From an uncultured bacterium (GTDB taxonomy: Bacteria > Oederibacteriota > PGYV01 > CAWJRG01): a stretch of 64,000 nucleotides of DNA. Each line of letters starts with the position of its first letter. Position 1 is the first letter of the stretch. Below, piece by piece: positions 22,226 to 32,535 of the stretch. Under the pieces are notes generated by a model. It did no database searches. It was not told where the DNA came from and was given only the letters and a program-made list of their open reading frames with translations. A program made the position numbers and the translations under genes. Where the stretch lies: assembly GCA_963845185.1 (NCBI GenBank), contig CAWJRG010000005.1:160001-224000 (forward strand), in the 5' to 3' direction.

Positions 22226-22801
22226 TTAAAAAATTTCATCTTTTTTTAACATATCCCTAAGATTATCTCTGGCCCTGAATAATTTGCTTTTTACAGCTGA
22301 TACTGATAATTTCATTATTTTTGAGATATCCTCGTAAGAAAGAGCATTTATATCCCGCATTATTAAAATGTTTTTCTGCTCGCTTGTAAGTTCGCTTATT
22401 CTTTTATATATCATCTTTCTCTTTTCGTTGGTGATTAAAATCGAATCGGGCTTTTTCTCTTCCTTGTCTTTTATTTCTAACTGTTTATTTATCTCTTCAT
22501 CGCCAGGGTAAATGTCGTCCATTATAGGCGCGCGTTGCCTTTGAAGCTGTTTTATTTTATTTTTGCATACATTTACAGTTATCCGGTAAATCCATGTGCT
22601 GATTTTGGATTCGCCCCTGAAACTTTTTATATTGTTATATACATTTAAGAATATTTCCTGGGTTGCGTCCTCTGCGTCCTGCTGATTTCTAAGGTATGTA
22701 TAAGAGTGATTATATACCACCCTCTTATAAGTTTGGATTATTTCCCTGAAAGCATTCGTGTCTCCTTTTTTAATTTTTTTAATTATTTCTTTCTCATCCA
22801 T
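22226..22801 (-). CDS. ECF sigma-70 factor (RpoE/SigW-like)
   Basis: Region 2 DAEDATQEIF...STWIYRITVN; region 4 LSYEDISKIMKLSVSAVKSKLFRAR. Confidence 0.93.
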   Translation of the reverse strand: MDEKEIIKKIKKGDTNAFREIIQTYKRVVYNHSYTYLRNQQDAEDATQEIFLNVYNNIKSFRGESKISTWIYRITVNVCKNKIKQLQRQRAPIMDDIYPGDEEINKQLEIKDKEEKKPDSILITNEKRKMIYKRISELTSEQKNILIMRDINALSYEDISKIMKLSVSAVKSKLFRARDNLRDMLKKDEIF

Positions 22802-22879
22802 TTATACTCTCCGTTTTTACCATGCTGTTATAATATATAGAAAATATGCCCTAAAAATGTTTCTAAACTATATGCATCT

Positions 22880-23806
22880 TTAAAATTCCGCCTTGATTGT
22901 AATCCTATGTTCATTATCCGATATAAAAAACGGCTTATAAGCGTAATCAAGCGTAAAATACTGCCAGTTAATTCCTAAGCCTACGGCCAAATTTCCTTCA
23001 TCCCCGCCCAGAACATAACCATACCTGAATGTAAGAAAGTTTAAATATTTTACTTCCAACCCCAGGGCCGTTTCCGCGCTTTCAGCCTCATTAAGATAAA
23101 ATCTTTCTTCGATATAAAGTGAAGCACTGTATTGATCCCTGTTGCTGTATATCAGCATGCCGTAACCGCCCCTTGCCAAAATCGGTAAAAGTATCTTATC
23201 CTGCCAGTACTCGCTTGTTATCCCTATATTTTCAAGCAAAAGTCCCAGGTTGTAATTCCTTTCCTGATTTTTGTATAATAAACCTATATTACAGCTTGCT
23301 CCTAAAGTTTGATTAGTATAAAGCATGCTGCGCAGTAATTTAAGATTTATCCCGGCGGATATATTGCCTGTCAGGTCATTCGCGTACATTGCGCCTAAGA
23401 CCATATCTGAATTATCAATGTTTCCAATGGGATTGCCAAATTGATCCGTCTTTGCCAGCTGGTCGTTCGCGTCATACATGAATGAAAACCCGATTGCGCC
23501 GTAATTTTCCTGCGGCTGGAGATACATTATCTGCTCGTAATGCGTGCTGAAAACAGAAACATAATTGGAAAAAATTGCGTATTTGTTTTTTATACCAGCG
23601 AGCGCAGCCGGGTCGACATCAGCTGCCCCAGGCTCCGCGTAATAAGGCGTATATATCCCTCCCAATGCCGTTTCCCTTGCAGGAATATCCACAAGTAAAA
23701 ATGACGATGCTGTTTCCCCTGCGGCATATAACTTATAATACATTGCTAAAGAAAAAAAAATAAAAAAGCAAAATATATATATGTTTTTCCCGTTTACCTT
23801 TTGCAT
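22880..23806 (-). CDS. PorV/PorQ-like (UPF0164) outer-membrane beta-barrel
   Basis: SFLLVDIPARETALGG N-terminal motif, DPAALA, C-terminal DYAY...HRITIKAEF. Confidence 0.75.
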   Translation of the reverse strand: MQKVNGKNIYIFCFFIFFSLAMYYKLYAAGETASSFLLVDIPARETALGGIYTPYYAEPGAADVDPAALAGIKNKYAIFSNYVSVFSTHYEQIMYLQPQENYGAIGFSFMYDANDQLAKTDQFGNPIGNIDNSDMVLGAMYANDLTGNISAGINLKLLRSMLYTNQTLGASCNIGLLYKNQERNYNLGLLLENIGITSEYWQDKILLPILARGGYGMLIYSNRDQYSASLYIEERFYLNEAESAETALGLEVKYLNFLTFRYGYVLGGDEGNLAVGLGINWQYFTLDYAYKPFFISDNEHRITIKAEF

Positions 23807-23815
23807 TTTACATCT

Positions 23816-24814
23816 TTATGCAGAGTCTCTTATAATCAAAGTGGGTTCAAATGTAATTACCCTGCTAGTGTCGCTGGATTTTTTTTCAATGATATTTAAT
23901 AGCATATCCAACGCCTGCATTCCCATTTCCGCTATAGGCTGTTTTATTGTAGTTAAAGCCGGTGTTGTAAGGGTTGCCATGTATAAATCATCGAAACCCA
24001 CAAGCGACATGTCATCGGGTATCCTGATATTATGCGCCTTGGCTTCGGCCATTATACCCATAGCGCAAACATCTCCTGCAGCAGAAAAAACCGCATCAAT
24101 TTTCCTTCCGTCATTAACAATCTTTCGCATTACTTCCTTGCCTTCCTCAAAAGAATAATGAATAATTCTAATTATATTATCCTCATTTACCTGCATGCCG
24201 TTATCACGAAGCGCTTTTTCATATCCTGCCTGCCTCTCGTAGGCATTGGCAGCGACTTTTTGGCCTAAAACTATCGCTATATTTTTACGGCCTTTCTTAA
24301 TAAGATAATCTGTCGCGATATATCCGCCCTTTTCATTATCAACTTTAACGCAAGGCGCTCCTTCAGTCACCTGCTCGATAAGCACAACAGGCATTTCCTG
24401 ATTTTTAAACTCATCAATAAGATGTTTGTCAAAAGTGGCAGTCATGCTTAAGACCCCGTCTACCCTTCTCTCATAGAATATCTTTTTCAAAATTTCCCTT
24501 TCATTTTCAGCCGAACCGCGAGTGGAATACAGGCTCAAATTATATTTTGTATCGCTAAGCCGCTGTTCCACGCCTTTTACAAGTTCAAGCGAAAAGACAG
24601 ATGCAAAAGAGGTTGCTACCAGGCATATATTTTCCGTCTTGCCCATAACCAGGCTTCTTCCTATATAATTAGGATGATAGTTCATTTCCTGTATGGCTTT
24701 TAGAACTTTTTCCCTGGTTGCTTCGCTTATCTTTTTATTGTTATTTATTACCATGGAAACAGTGGCAGCCGTAACCCCTACTTTGCTCGCTATGTCTTTG
24801 ATTGTTACCCTCAT
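23816..24814 (-). CDS. LacI-family transcriptional regulator
   Basis: TIKDIASKVGVTAATVS HTH; IPDDMSLVGFDD...PALTTI sugar-binding domain. Confidence 0.95.
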   Translation of the reverse strand: MRVTIKDIASKVGVTAATVSMVINNNKKISEATREKVLKAIQEMNYHPNYIGRSLVMGKTENICLVATSFASVFSLELVKGVEQRLSDTKYNLSLYSTRGSAENEREILKKIFYERRVDGVLSMTATFDKHLIDEFKNQEMPVVLIEQVTEGAPCVKVDNEKGGYIATDYLIKKGRKNIAIVLGQKVAANAYERQAGYEKALRDNGMQVNEDNIIRIIHYSFEEGKEVMRKIVNDGRKIDAVFSAAGDVCAMGIMAEAKAHNIRIPDDMSLVGFDDLYMATLTTPALTTIKQPIAEMGMQALDMLLNIIEKKSSDTSRVITFEPTLIIRDSA

Positions 24815-24836
24815 TTGTTCGCTCCTTTTATTTAGT

Positions 24837-24868
24837 GTAAGGGGAACGGCCTTGTTCCGTTCCCCGCA
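24837..24868. repeat. REP-like hairpin upstream of lacI
   Basis: GTAA-GGGGAACGG-ccttgtt-CCGTTCCCC-GCA. Confidence 0.45.
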
Positions 24869-24930
24869 TTGTTGTTTTAATCGTCTGTATATGGTTTATT
24901 TCGTAAAAAATTATAATAAATCTATAAAAA

Positions 24931-26349
24931 CTATTTTTGCTGTTGCTGTTGTCCGGCTGCAGGCGTCTGTTGCTGCTGTTGCCCTGCTGCAGGAACTTGT
25001 TGTTGCTGTTCCTGTCCCTGTTGCACCCCTAAATCCGCGCCCGATTTAATACGGTCAATAAAATTCTTGAGCTGCAGATTTGTCGGATCGCATTCCAGTG
25101 CTTTGTTATATGCCTGCATGGCAAGGTCATTTTTCCCGGTATTTAAAAAACACGCGCCAATGCCTATATAAGCCGATGAGTAATTCCTGTTTCTTTTCAA
25201 GCACTCCTTGAATTGATCCATGGCCTCAGAATACTTTCTATCAGAGAGAAACGTGTATCCTTTTTTGTAATATTCTTTTGCCAGGGCAACATCCTCTTGC
25301 TGAGTTCCTTGAAAAATTCCGAACATCATTCCCGAGACTGATATTCTGTGTGCCAGGCCCAAATCGCCGTAAGGTGTTAATGAGTAATCTACATCAAAGC
25401 TCATATCCTTGATTGCAGTCAGTTTATATCCCACCCCGCCGGTAAAACCGTTCAGTCCGCCAAGGTCGTAGCCGAATTTATACCCACCCCTTAAGGCTAC
25501 CGTATGGTATTTGTTCAATACCCAGTATTTTTCAACTCCGACATTCAGCCTTGCAAGCTCTTCCTCCGGATAATAAATCACGTCAATATCCGCGGCTGCA
25601 TTGTTGTCTAATAATTTAAAATATCCTTCGTCTGTAAACGGCAACATAATATTTTCAAGCGCAAATCTGTAACCAATGCCAAACCTTATGGTAAGCGGAA
25701 GATCAGGCCTGTTGGTAGACACCCCGAAATTTTGCACGCTTATACCCAAAGAATAATTTTCATATTTCGGCTTGTAATAGGCATCCAGGCTTACGGCAAA
25801 CCCGCCTCCCTGGTCCGTGTATATCTGGTCGTTTAATATGCTTGTGCTTATTCCAAGTGATAAATCCGACAAAAATGAGTTATCACCCAAAAAATCCGAC
25901 AACTTTTTTGCAAAAGCTAAATCAATGTCCATATCCGACGCATTTGCTTTTTCGTTGGTCGCTACATAATTTCCCTTAGAGTCTTCGCTTGTCACGTCGA
26001 CACTGCCGTATAAAAAAATTCCGGATAACTCCACTGTTCCAATACCTGTAATAGGCAAGGCATAAGCTCCGTACTCATCGTTTACATCCAGCAGCCATGC
26101 CGTGTGCATAAGGCAAAAATTATTCTGCGTGAGCTGGGTCAGTCCTGCTGCGTTCCAGTATATGGCGTTTACGTCATCCGCAATTCCTGTAAATGCTTCG
26201 CCCATGCCGCACTGTCTCGCGCCTTCAGGAATTTTTGTGAAATTCTCGCTTGTTACTCCTGCGCCTTCAGGGAAAATTGAGGAGGTAAAGAAAAAAGATA
26301 TTAACAACGTTGGTAAAATAAATAAAATAATTTTTTTCATATTTTTCAA
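24931..26349 (-). CDS. PorV/PorQ-like beta-barrel with C-terminal TPR repeats and Gln-rich tail
   Basis: GARQCGMGEAFTGIADDVNAIYWNAAGL motif; DYSLTPYGDLGLAHRIS; TPR helices; QQQQ tail. Confidence 0.8.
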   Translation of the reverse strand: MKNMKKIILFILPTLLISFFFTSSIFPEGAGVTSENFTKIPEGARQCGMGEAFTGIADDVNAIYWNAAGLTQLTQNNFCLMHTAWLLDVNDEYGAYALPITGIGTVELSGIFLYGSVDVTSEDSKGNYVATNEKANASDMDIDLAFAKKLSDFLGDNSFLSDLSLGISTSILNDQIYTDQGGGFAVSLDAYYKPKYENYSLGISVQNFGVSTNRPDLPLTIRFGIGYRFALENIMLPFTDEGYFKLLDNNAAADIDVIYYPEEELARLNVGVEKYWVLNKYHTVALRGGYKFGYDLGGLNGFTGGVGYKLTAIKDMSFDVDYSLTPYGDLGLAHRISVSGMMFGIFQGTQQEDVALAKEYYKKGYTFLSDRKYSEAMDQFKECLKRNRNYSSAYIGIGACFLNTGKNDLAMQAYNKALECDPTNLQLKNFIDRIKSGADLGVQQGQEQQQQVPAAGQQQQQTPAAGQQQQQK

Positions 26350-26380
26350 TCTCCCTTCGTTAATAAATATTCTTATTTAA

Positions 26381-26409
26381 ATTTTATCAAATTAATCGAT
26401 TAAAATCAA
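26381..26409 (-). promoter_or_regulatory. Sigma70-type promoter with a LacI-like operator
   Basis: TTGATT-N17-TAAAAT; perfect palindrome TTAATCGATTAA (central CG) at 26392-26403. Confidence 0.55.
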
Positions 26410-26484
26410 GTTCTGTTTGTTTATTTTTTTTAACTATATTTTATCCCTAATAATCAACAAATAATATAAATCCTCTTCCACGAA

Positions 26485-28041
26485 TCAATGACGGAAATGC
26501 CGTATCCCTGTAAACACCATGGCTATTCCGTGCTCATCAGCGGCTTTTATCACTTCATCATCTCTTACCGAACCACCTGGTTGTATTATAGAACTTATAC
26601 CGAATTGGGCTACCAGGTCAACAGAATCCCTGAATGGGAAAAAAGCTTCTGATGCTAATACTGCGCCTCGTGCAGCTTCTTTTGCGTTATTTGCCGCTAT
26701 GTGCGCCGAACCCACCCTGTTTGTTTGTCCGGGTCCTATGCCTATTGCCACTTTATCTTTCGCTATAACAATGGCGTTTGATTTAACAAATTTAACAACT
26801 TTCCACGCAAACAGCATGTCTTCAATTTCTTTTTGCGTTGGTTCTTTTTTCGTCACGACTTTTAAGTCATTAATCCCTGTTTGTTTTGTATCAGCTTCCT
26901 GTATAAGCAGGCCGCCAACCACCTTTCTTATATCCATGTACTGAATAGTGTTGTCACTATATTTGTTAAAAGGCCCGGTTTTTATCAGCCTTATATTCTT
27001 TTTTTGTTTCAATATATCCAGCGCCTCTGTCTCGTATTCAGGAGCTATGACAACCTCCATAAACATCTTGTTTATTTCTTCGGCTATGCCCTTTGTCAGT
27101 TTCCTGTTTACAGCAGCTATGCCACCATAGGCTGAAACAGTATCCACATTAAGAGCCTTGACATAAGCCTTTGTTATGTCCGGATCGCAGGCAACTCCGC
27201 ATGGGTTTGCATGTTTGAGTACAACTGCGGCAGGCTCTTCAAATTCTTTTACAATATTCAAAGCCGCATCAGTATCGTAAATATTATTGAACGAAAGCTC
27301 TTTTCCGTGCAGTTGTTCCGAGCTGCCCAGGTTTGTTTCCCTGCATCCGTCAAACACATAAAAAGAAGCTTTCTGGTGCGGATTCTCGCCGTACCTCATG
27401 TTCTGCTTTTTATCGACGCTTATTAAAATTTTTTCCGGAAGGTCCTCGCTTTTTATAAGTTTTTGCTCTAGGTAGTTGGAAATATAAGTGTCGTAATCAG
27501 CCGTGGTCTTATATGCTTTTACGCGCAGATAGTTAAGTGTTTCGTCTTTTATACCACCGTCTTTTAATTCTGCCAGGACTTTGGAGTAGTCTTTCTTGTC
27601 GGTTAAAACAGCTACTGACTGGGCATTCTTTGCAGCCGAGCGTATCATTGACGGCCCGCCTATGTCTATGTTTTCAATTACTTCATCAAGCGGTATATTG
27701 TCTTTTTTTATTACCTGTTTAAAAGGGTAAAGATTTACAACTACCATATCAATGGGTTTAATACCGTGTTTTTCCAAAGTATCCATGTGCTCTTTTTTAT
27801 TTCGCAGCGCAAGCAGCCCGCCGTGCACTTTCGGGTGCAAAGTCTTTACTCTGCCGTCAAGCATCTCGGGGAAACCTGTCACTTCGGAAATATCCATGCA
27901 CGCAACACCTGCTTCTTTCAAGGCCTTAGCCGTCCCGCCCGTGGATATGATTTCCGCTCCCAGATTTTTCAGTTCTTTCGCGAGTTCAACAATTCCTTCC
28001 TTGTCCGATACACTGATTAAAGCGCGCTTTACCTTTAACAT
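26485..28041 (-). CDS. purH: Bifunctional AICAR transformylase/IMP cyclohydrolase
   Basis: RALISVSDK, GRVKTLHP, IDIGGP, RYGENPHQ, FTGIRHFRH. Confidence 0.98.
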   Translation of the reverse strand: MLKVKRALISVSDKEGIVELAKELKNLGAEIISTGGTAKALKEAGVACMDISEVTGFPEMLDGRVKTLHPKVHGGLLALRNKKEHMDTLEKHGIKPIDMVVVNLYPFKQVIKKDNIPLDEVIENIDIGGPSMIRSAAKNAQSVAVLTDKKDYSKVLAELKDGGIKDETLNYLRVKAYKTTADYDTYISNYLEQKLIKSEDLPEKILISVDKKQNMRYGENPHQKASFYVFDGCRETNLGSSEQLHGKELSFNNIYDTDAALNIVKEFEEPAAVVLKHANPCGVACDPDITKAYVKALNVDTVSAYGGIAAVNRKLTKGIAEEINKMFMEVVIAPEYETEALDILKQKKNIRLIKTGPFNKYSDNTIQYMDIRKVVGGLLIQEADTKQTGINDLKVVTKKEPTQKEIEDMLFAWKVVKFVKSNAIVIAKDKVAIGIGPGQTNRVGSAHIAANNAKEAARGAVLASEAFFPFRDSVDLVAQFGISSIIQPGGSVRDDEVIKAADEHGIAMVFTGIRHFRH

Positions 28042-28208
28042 TTATTTTCCTCCTGAATTTTGGTGCAACCCCGCCGGCAGTAGTCGGCGGCTCCTTTAAA
28101 ACCCACCGGAGGTTATAATGAGTTCCCTTCGGAAAGGCAATAGTCCCGAGCGTAGCCGAGCGGATATAATTCATCCCCCAAATTAAGTTGGGGGAATTTC
28201 TTTCTGGA

Positions 28209-28541
28209 TTAAATACTCTTTTTGAAATCCTCAAGTATCTCTTTTGCTTCCGTCAGTTTCTTTTTGTTTACAAAAACAGTGGCAAAGGATGCTTTTGAAT
28301 TTGAACGCAGGACTGTCCTTGAATGAGGCAGTAAATTATTCCTTAAAAAACATTCTATGTCGTTTTCTTCAAGCATGGATATAAGAGTCATGCCCTCAAC
28401 TTCATTGTTAACATCTGCCAGCTCAATGCTGTCAAACTCCGGGTGTTTTTCTTCTTCCAGCTTTTCAACCAGTTTTTCGCCGCAATCAGGACAGGTTGTA
28501 ACTCCTTTTTCGTATTCATATTTGCAGTTGGGGCAAAACAT
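28209..28541 (-). CDS. Zinc-ribbon plus DUF2007-like (putative signal-transducing) protein
   Basis: MFCPNCKYEY...CPDCG then SMLEENDIEC...A.EIL pattern; ATG at 28541 preferred. Confidence 0.7.
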   Translation of the reverse strand: MFCPNCKYEYEKGVTTCPDCGEKLVEKLEEEKHPEFDSIELADVNNEVEGMTLISMLEENDIECFLRNNLLPHSRTVLRSNSKASFATVFVNKKKLTEAKEILEDFKKSI

Positions 28542-28580
28542 TTTGATTAAAGTCTCCAATCTCAAAAAGAAAGGTTTTTT

Positions 28581-28708
28581 GTTGACTGGTGGAGCTCCCC
28601 GCCTTCATAGGCGGGACACCTTTAATAAATTCTTTAATATGCTCCCTCCCCGCAGCGCTATAAAATCCCGCCTCTACGAAGGCGGGGTTTTTCGCGGAGC
28701 GGGATTTA
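28581..28708. mobile_element. Non-autonomous palindromic element resembling IS200/IS605 ends
   Basis: Two related hairpins CCCGCCT-N4/6-AGGCGGG (28598-28615, 28667-28686); minus strand ends GGGGAGCTCCACCAGTCAAC; no transposase. Confidence 0.4.
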
Positions 28709-28777
28709 AATATACAATTTTTTTTTATTTTTTTCAATATCCTTCTTGCACAATTTTTCACTTATAATATTTTTCAA

Positions 28778-28806
28778 TTGACTAAAAGTTAGTCTTACTA
28801 TATAAT
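28778..28806 (+). promoter_or_regulatory. Sigma70-type promoter of the TCA operon
   Basis: TTGACT-N17-TATAAT with overlapping IR GACTAA-aag-TTAGTC. Confidence 0.65.
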
Positions 28807-28981
28807 TTTTTGCAGTAATTTTAGAACAAATATTTTGGCTTATGTTTTCTTTCTTGCTGTATAAAAACAAAAAACCATAAGATAAATTGCGCTGTTTAAA
28901 GCGCCACATCAAGCGCAAAGGCCTGATGTGGCATTTATTTTAGGCCGATTGTGTCAAAAGTTTGAACCAGGAGGTTTTATC

Positions 28982-30379
28982 ATGCTTATTTTTGATAAAA
29001 AAACAAATCTTTTCGCGGAAGAATTTTACTATTACGAGTTGCAGGACGTTAAAGAGCCTCAGCTTTTCAGGGACATGTTCCCTTACGACGACGTCCCCAG
29101 GGTTATTTTCAACCAGAGGCTCGTGCCGATGAATGTCGTGGACAGCGCCTGGATAACCGACACAACCTTCAGGGACGGGCAGCAGTCGCTACCGCCTTTT
29201 AAGGTTGAAGACATCGTGCATCTTTATGATTTGATGCACAAACTGGACAACGACACCGGCCTCATCAAACAGACAGAATTTTTTCTTTATACGAAAAGGG
29301 ACCGTGAAGCTGTTGAAAAATGCCTTTCACGCGGTTACAAATACCCTGTTGTAACAGGCTGGATAAGGGCTGTCGAGTCTGATTTCAAGCTTGTAAAGGA
29401 AATAGGCCTCAAAGAAACAGGGATATTGACGTCAGTTTCCGATTATCACATATTCCTTAAGCTGAAATGGACACGCAAACAGGCTTTGGATAATTATTTA
29501 AAAATAGCGCGGGCTGCCCTTGATAACGGCATAATACCGCGCTGCCATTTTGAGGATATAACGCGCGCTGATATTTACGGTTTTGTAATACCTTTTGCCC
29601 GTGAACTGATGAAGCTTTCCAAAGAATATAAAATGCCGGTAAAAATAAGGGCCTGCGACACCATGGGTTACGGAGTCGCGATAGCAGGCGCAGCTCTTCC
29701 AAGGAACACCCATGGCATACTGTACGGCCTGAACAAGCATGCCGATGTGCCTTCAGAATGGCTTGAGTGGCACGGGCACAACGACTTTTACCGCGGCCTT
29801 ACAAACGCGGCGCATGCCTGGCTTTACGGATGTTGCGCCGCGAACGGCGCATGGCTGGGCATAGGCGAGCGCACGGGCAACACTCCCATAGAAGCGCTTA
29901 TTATGGAATACCTTTCATTCAGGGGCAGGGCCGCTGTTGAAAAAATAGACACCACGGTCATAACAGAAATAGCCGATTACATGCAGAATGCAATGGGCGT
30001 CGAAGTCCCAGCCAAACAGCCTTTTGTAGGCAAAAATTTCAACGTGACAAAAGCCGGCATACACGCTGACGGAATATCAAAAAACGAGGAAATATACAAC
30101 ATATTCGACACTGAAAAAATCCTGAACAGGCCGCCTGCCGTGAGCATTACGGACAAATCAGGCACTTCCGGAATAGCTTACTGGGTAAATAATTATTTCA
30201 AAATCCCGGCCGCTGAGAAAATATCTAAAGATGTGGAAGGCGTAAAAACCATAAAAACTCTTGTTGACAAGGAATACGAAAGTAACAGGATACTCGGCAT
30301 CTCAGACGAGGAAATGATTGAATATGTAAAAAAGCACCTGCCTGAAATTTACGCCAAGTATTCAAAAAACCTCGGATAA
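28982..30379 (+). CDS. Re-citrate synthase (DRE-TIM / homocitrate synthase-like family)
   Basis: [34 protein letters not shown]; heads an icd-mdh-fum operon; ATG at 28982 after AGGAGG. Confidence 0.8.
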   Translation: MLIFDKKTNLFAEEFYYYELQDVKEPQLFRDMFPYDDVPRVIFNQRLVPMNVVDSAWITDTTFRDGQQSLPPFKVEDIVHLYDLMHKLDNDTGLIKQTEFFLYTKRDREAVEKCLSRGYKYPVVTGWIRAVESDFKLVKEIGLKETGILTSVSDYHIFLKLKWTRKQALDNYLKIARAALDNGIIPRCHFEDITRADIYGFVIPFARELMKLSKEYKMPVKIRACDTMGYGVAIAGAALPRNTHGILYGLNKHADVPSEWLEWHGHNDFYRGLTNAAHAWLYGCCAANGAWLGIGERTGNTPIEALIMEYLSFRGRAAVEKIDTTVITEIADYMQNAMGVEVPAKQPFVGKNFNVTKAGIHADGISKNEEIYNIFDTEKILNRPPAVSITDKSGTSGIAYWVNNYFKIPAAEKISKDVEGVKTIKTLVDKEYESNRILGISDEEMIEYVKKHLPEIYAKYSKNLG

Positions 30380-30383
30380 AAAC

Positions 30384-31589
30384 ATGCCTGAAAAAATACG
30401 TATTTCCGGTGACGGCCCGCTTCTTGTCCCGGATAACCCCATAATTTGTTTTATTGAGGGTGACGGCATAGGACCTGACATCTGGAAGGCCGCAAAAAAT
30501 GCCGTTGATAAATCCGTCGAGCTTGCTTTTTCAGGAAAGAAAAAAATAGAATGGAAGGAAATCCTTGCCGGCGAAAAAGCAAATAAAAAAACAGGCAGTT
30601 ACCTTCCACAGGAAACAATTGACGCGATAAAAGAATATGTTGTCGCCATAAAAGGCCCGCTTACCACCCCGATAGGCGGGGGCATCAGGAGCTTAAACGT
30701 CACGCTGCGCCAGGAACTCGACCTCTTTGCCTGCGTAAGGCCTGTGAAGTATTTTTCAGGCGTCCCCTCTCCTGTCGTCCATCCCGAAAAACTTAATATA
30801 ATAATCTTCAGGGAAAATACCGAGGATGTTTACGCCGGTATTGAATGGGAAGCAGGAACGGAAGATGCGAAAAAAGTGATTTCTTTCATAAACAGCACTT
30901 TCAATAAAAAAATAATCCCGGAAAGCGGCATCGGCATAAAGCCCATGAGCGAGTTCGGCACGAGGCGCCTCATGAAAATGGCATTGAACTACGCCATGAA
31001 AAATAAAAAGAAAAAAGTAACCATAATGCATAAGGGCAACATCATGAAATATACCGAGGGCGCGTTTGCAAAATGGGCATACAAGGAAGCCTCTGAGAAT
31101 TATAGCAACGTAACAATAAAAGAAGCTGACATCAAGGAAGGCGTTGATATAGCCGGAAAAATCATCGTTAATGACCGCATAGCTGATTCAATGTTCCAGC
31201 AGATACTGTTAAGGCCTGACGAATACGAGGTGATTGTCACGCCAAATTTAAACGGTGATTATATATCAGACGCAGCAGCAGCGCAGGTAGGCGGCCTTGG
31301 CATGGCTCCGGGCGCGAACATAGGCAAGTACGCCATGTTCGAGGCTACCCACGGCACAGCGCCAAAATACGCTGGCCAGGACAAGGTAAACCCCGGCTCC
31401 CTGATACTTTCCGCTGTCATGATGCTTGAGCATATCGGCTGGGAAAAAGCCGCAAATCTGGTTGTAAAAGGCATTGAAAATACCATTAAACAAAAATATG
31501 TAACTTATGACCTTGCCCGGCAGATGCAGGGCGCGCATGAAGTTAAATGCTCGGAATTTGCCGGCAAGATTATTGAAAACATGAAATAG
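30384..31589 (+). CDS. icd: Isocitrate dehydrogenase (NADP)
   Basis: [48 protein letters not shown]. Confidence 0.97.
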   Translation: MPEKIRISGDGPLLVPDNPIICFIEGDGIGPDIWKAAKNAVDKSVELAFSGKKKIEWKEILAGEKANKKTGSYLPQETIDAIKEYVVAIKGPLTTPIGGGIRSLNVTLRQELDLFACVRPVKYFSGVPSPVVHPEKLNIIIFRENTEDVYAGIEWEAGTEDAKKVISFINSTFNKKIIPESGIGIKPMSEFGTRRLMKMALNYAMKNKKKKVTIMHKGNIMKYTEGAFAKWAYKEASENYSNVTIKEADIKEGVDIAGKIIVNDRIADSMFQQILLRPDEYEVIVTPNLNGDYISDAAAAQVGGLGMAPGANIGKYAMFEATHGTAPKYAGQDKVNPGSLILSAVMMLEHIGWEKAANLVVKGIENTIKQKYVTYDLARQMQGAHEVKCSEFAGKIIENMK

Positions 31590-31599
31590 CAGGCTTCTA

Positions 31600-32535
31600 A
31601 TGAAAAACAAAATAGGCATAATAGGCGCGGGAAATGTCGGCGCCACTATAGCTCATCTCTGCCTTATGAAAGACCTCGGCGATATTTATCTCCTCGACAT
31701 CAACCGTGACATGGCCGAAGGCAAGGCCATTGACTTGAACCAGTCAAAATATTTATTCAATTCAGACGCTGAAATAATCGGCGGCGACGATTACGACAAA
31801 CTTTTTGCATGTGATTATGTGGTTATAACAGCCGGATTTCCCAGGAAACCGGGCATGAGCAGGGATGACCTTCTTTTCAAGAACTTCGAAATCATCAAGG
31901 ACATTTCCCTTAAAATCAAGGAATCCAAAAAAGCGCCTATGATAATAGTCGTGACAAACCCGCTGGATATAATGACTTACGCGGTTTACAAAATAACAGG
32001 CATGGCCAGGACAAGGGTCCTGGGCATGGCAGGAGTGCTCGACACGTACAGGTTTTATCATTACGTGCAGAACGTGCTGAACACTTCCTCAAAAAATATT
32101 TATTCTGTTATGCTCGGCTCCCACGGCGACACCATGGTTCCTGTAATTTCCAAGACCTACGTAAACGGCAAAAAGATATCAGCTTCGCTTGCAGAAACCA
32201 ATATAAACGAGCTTGCCGAAAAAGCAAGAAACGGCGGCGCCACTATCGTGTCGCTTTTAAAAACCGGCAGCGCTTATTACGCGCCTGCCGCGTCTACGGT
32301 TAAAATGCTGGATTGCATCATAAACAATACCGGAACAATACTTCCCTGCTCAATTTGCGCCAAGGGTGAATACGGCATAAACGATATCTGCATAGGCCTG
32401 CCTGTACTTCTGAATATACGCGGCGCTTCTAAAATCATGGAGCTCGCGCTCGAGCCTGGCGAAAAAGACGCGCTGCTTAAATCCGCCGCGGCAATTAAAG
32501 AGCAGGTGGACAAAATCACCCCTCTCATCTCATAA
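31600..32535 (+). CDS. mdh: Malate dehydrogenase (LDH-like)
   Basis: GAGNVG, TAGFPRKPGMSRDDL, TNPLD, GSHGD, GSAYYAP. Confidence 0.95.
   Translation: MKNKIGIIGAGNVGATIAHLCLMKDLGDIYLLDINRDMAEGKAIDLNQSKYLFNSDAEIIGGDDYDKLFACDYVVITAGFPRKPGMSRDDLLFKNFEIIKDISLKIKESKKAPMIIVVTNPLDIMTYAVYKITGMARTRVLGMAGVLDTYRFYHYVQNVLNTSSKNIYSVMLGSHGDTMVPVISKTYVNGKKISASLAETNINELAEKARNGGATIVSLLKTGSAYYAPAASTVKMLDCIINNTGTILPCSICAKGEYGINDICIGLPVLLNIRGASKIMELALEPGEKDALLKSAAAIKEQVDKITPLIS

Noticed and set aside
28042..28208. ZMP/ZTP riboswitch upstream of purH
   Set aside because: The conserved GACUG(G/A)CG and GCCUGGGC pseudoknot elements are not visible
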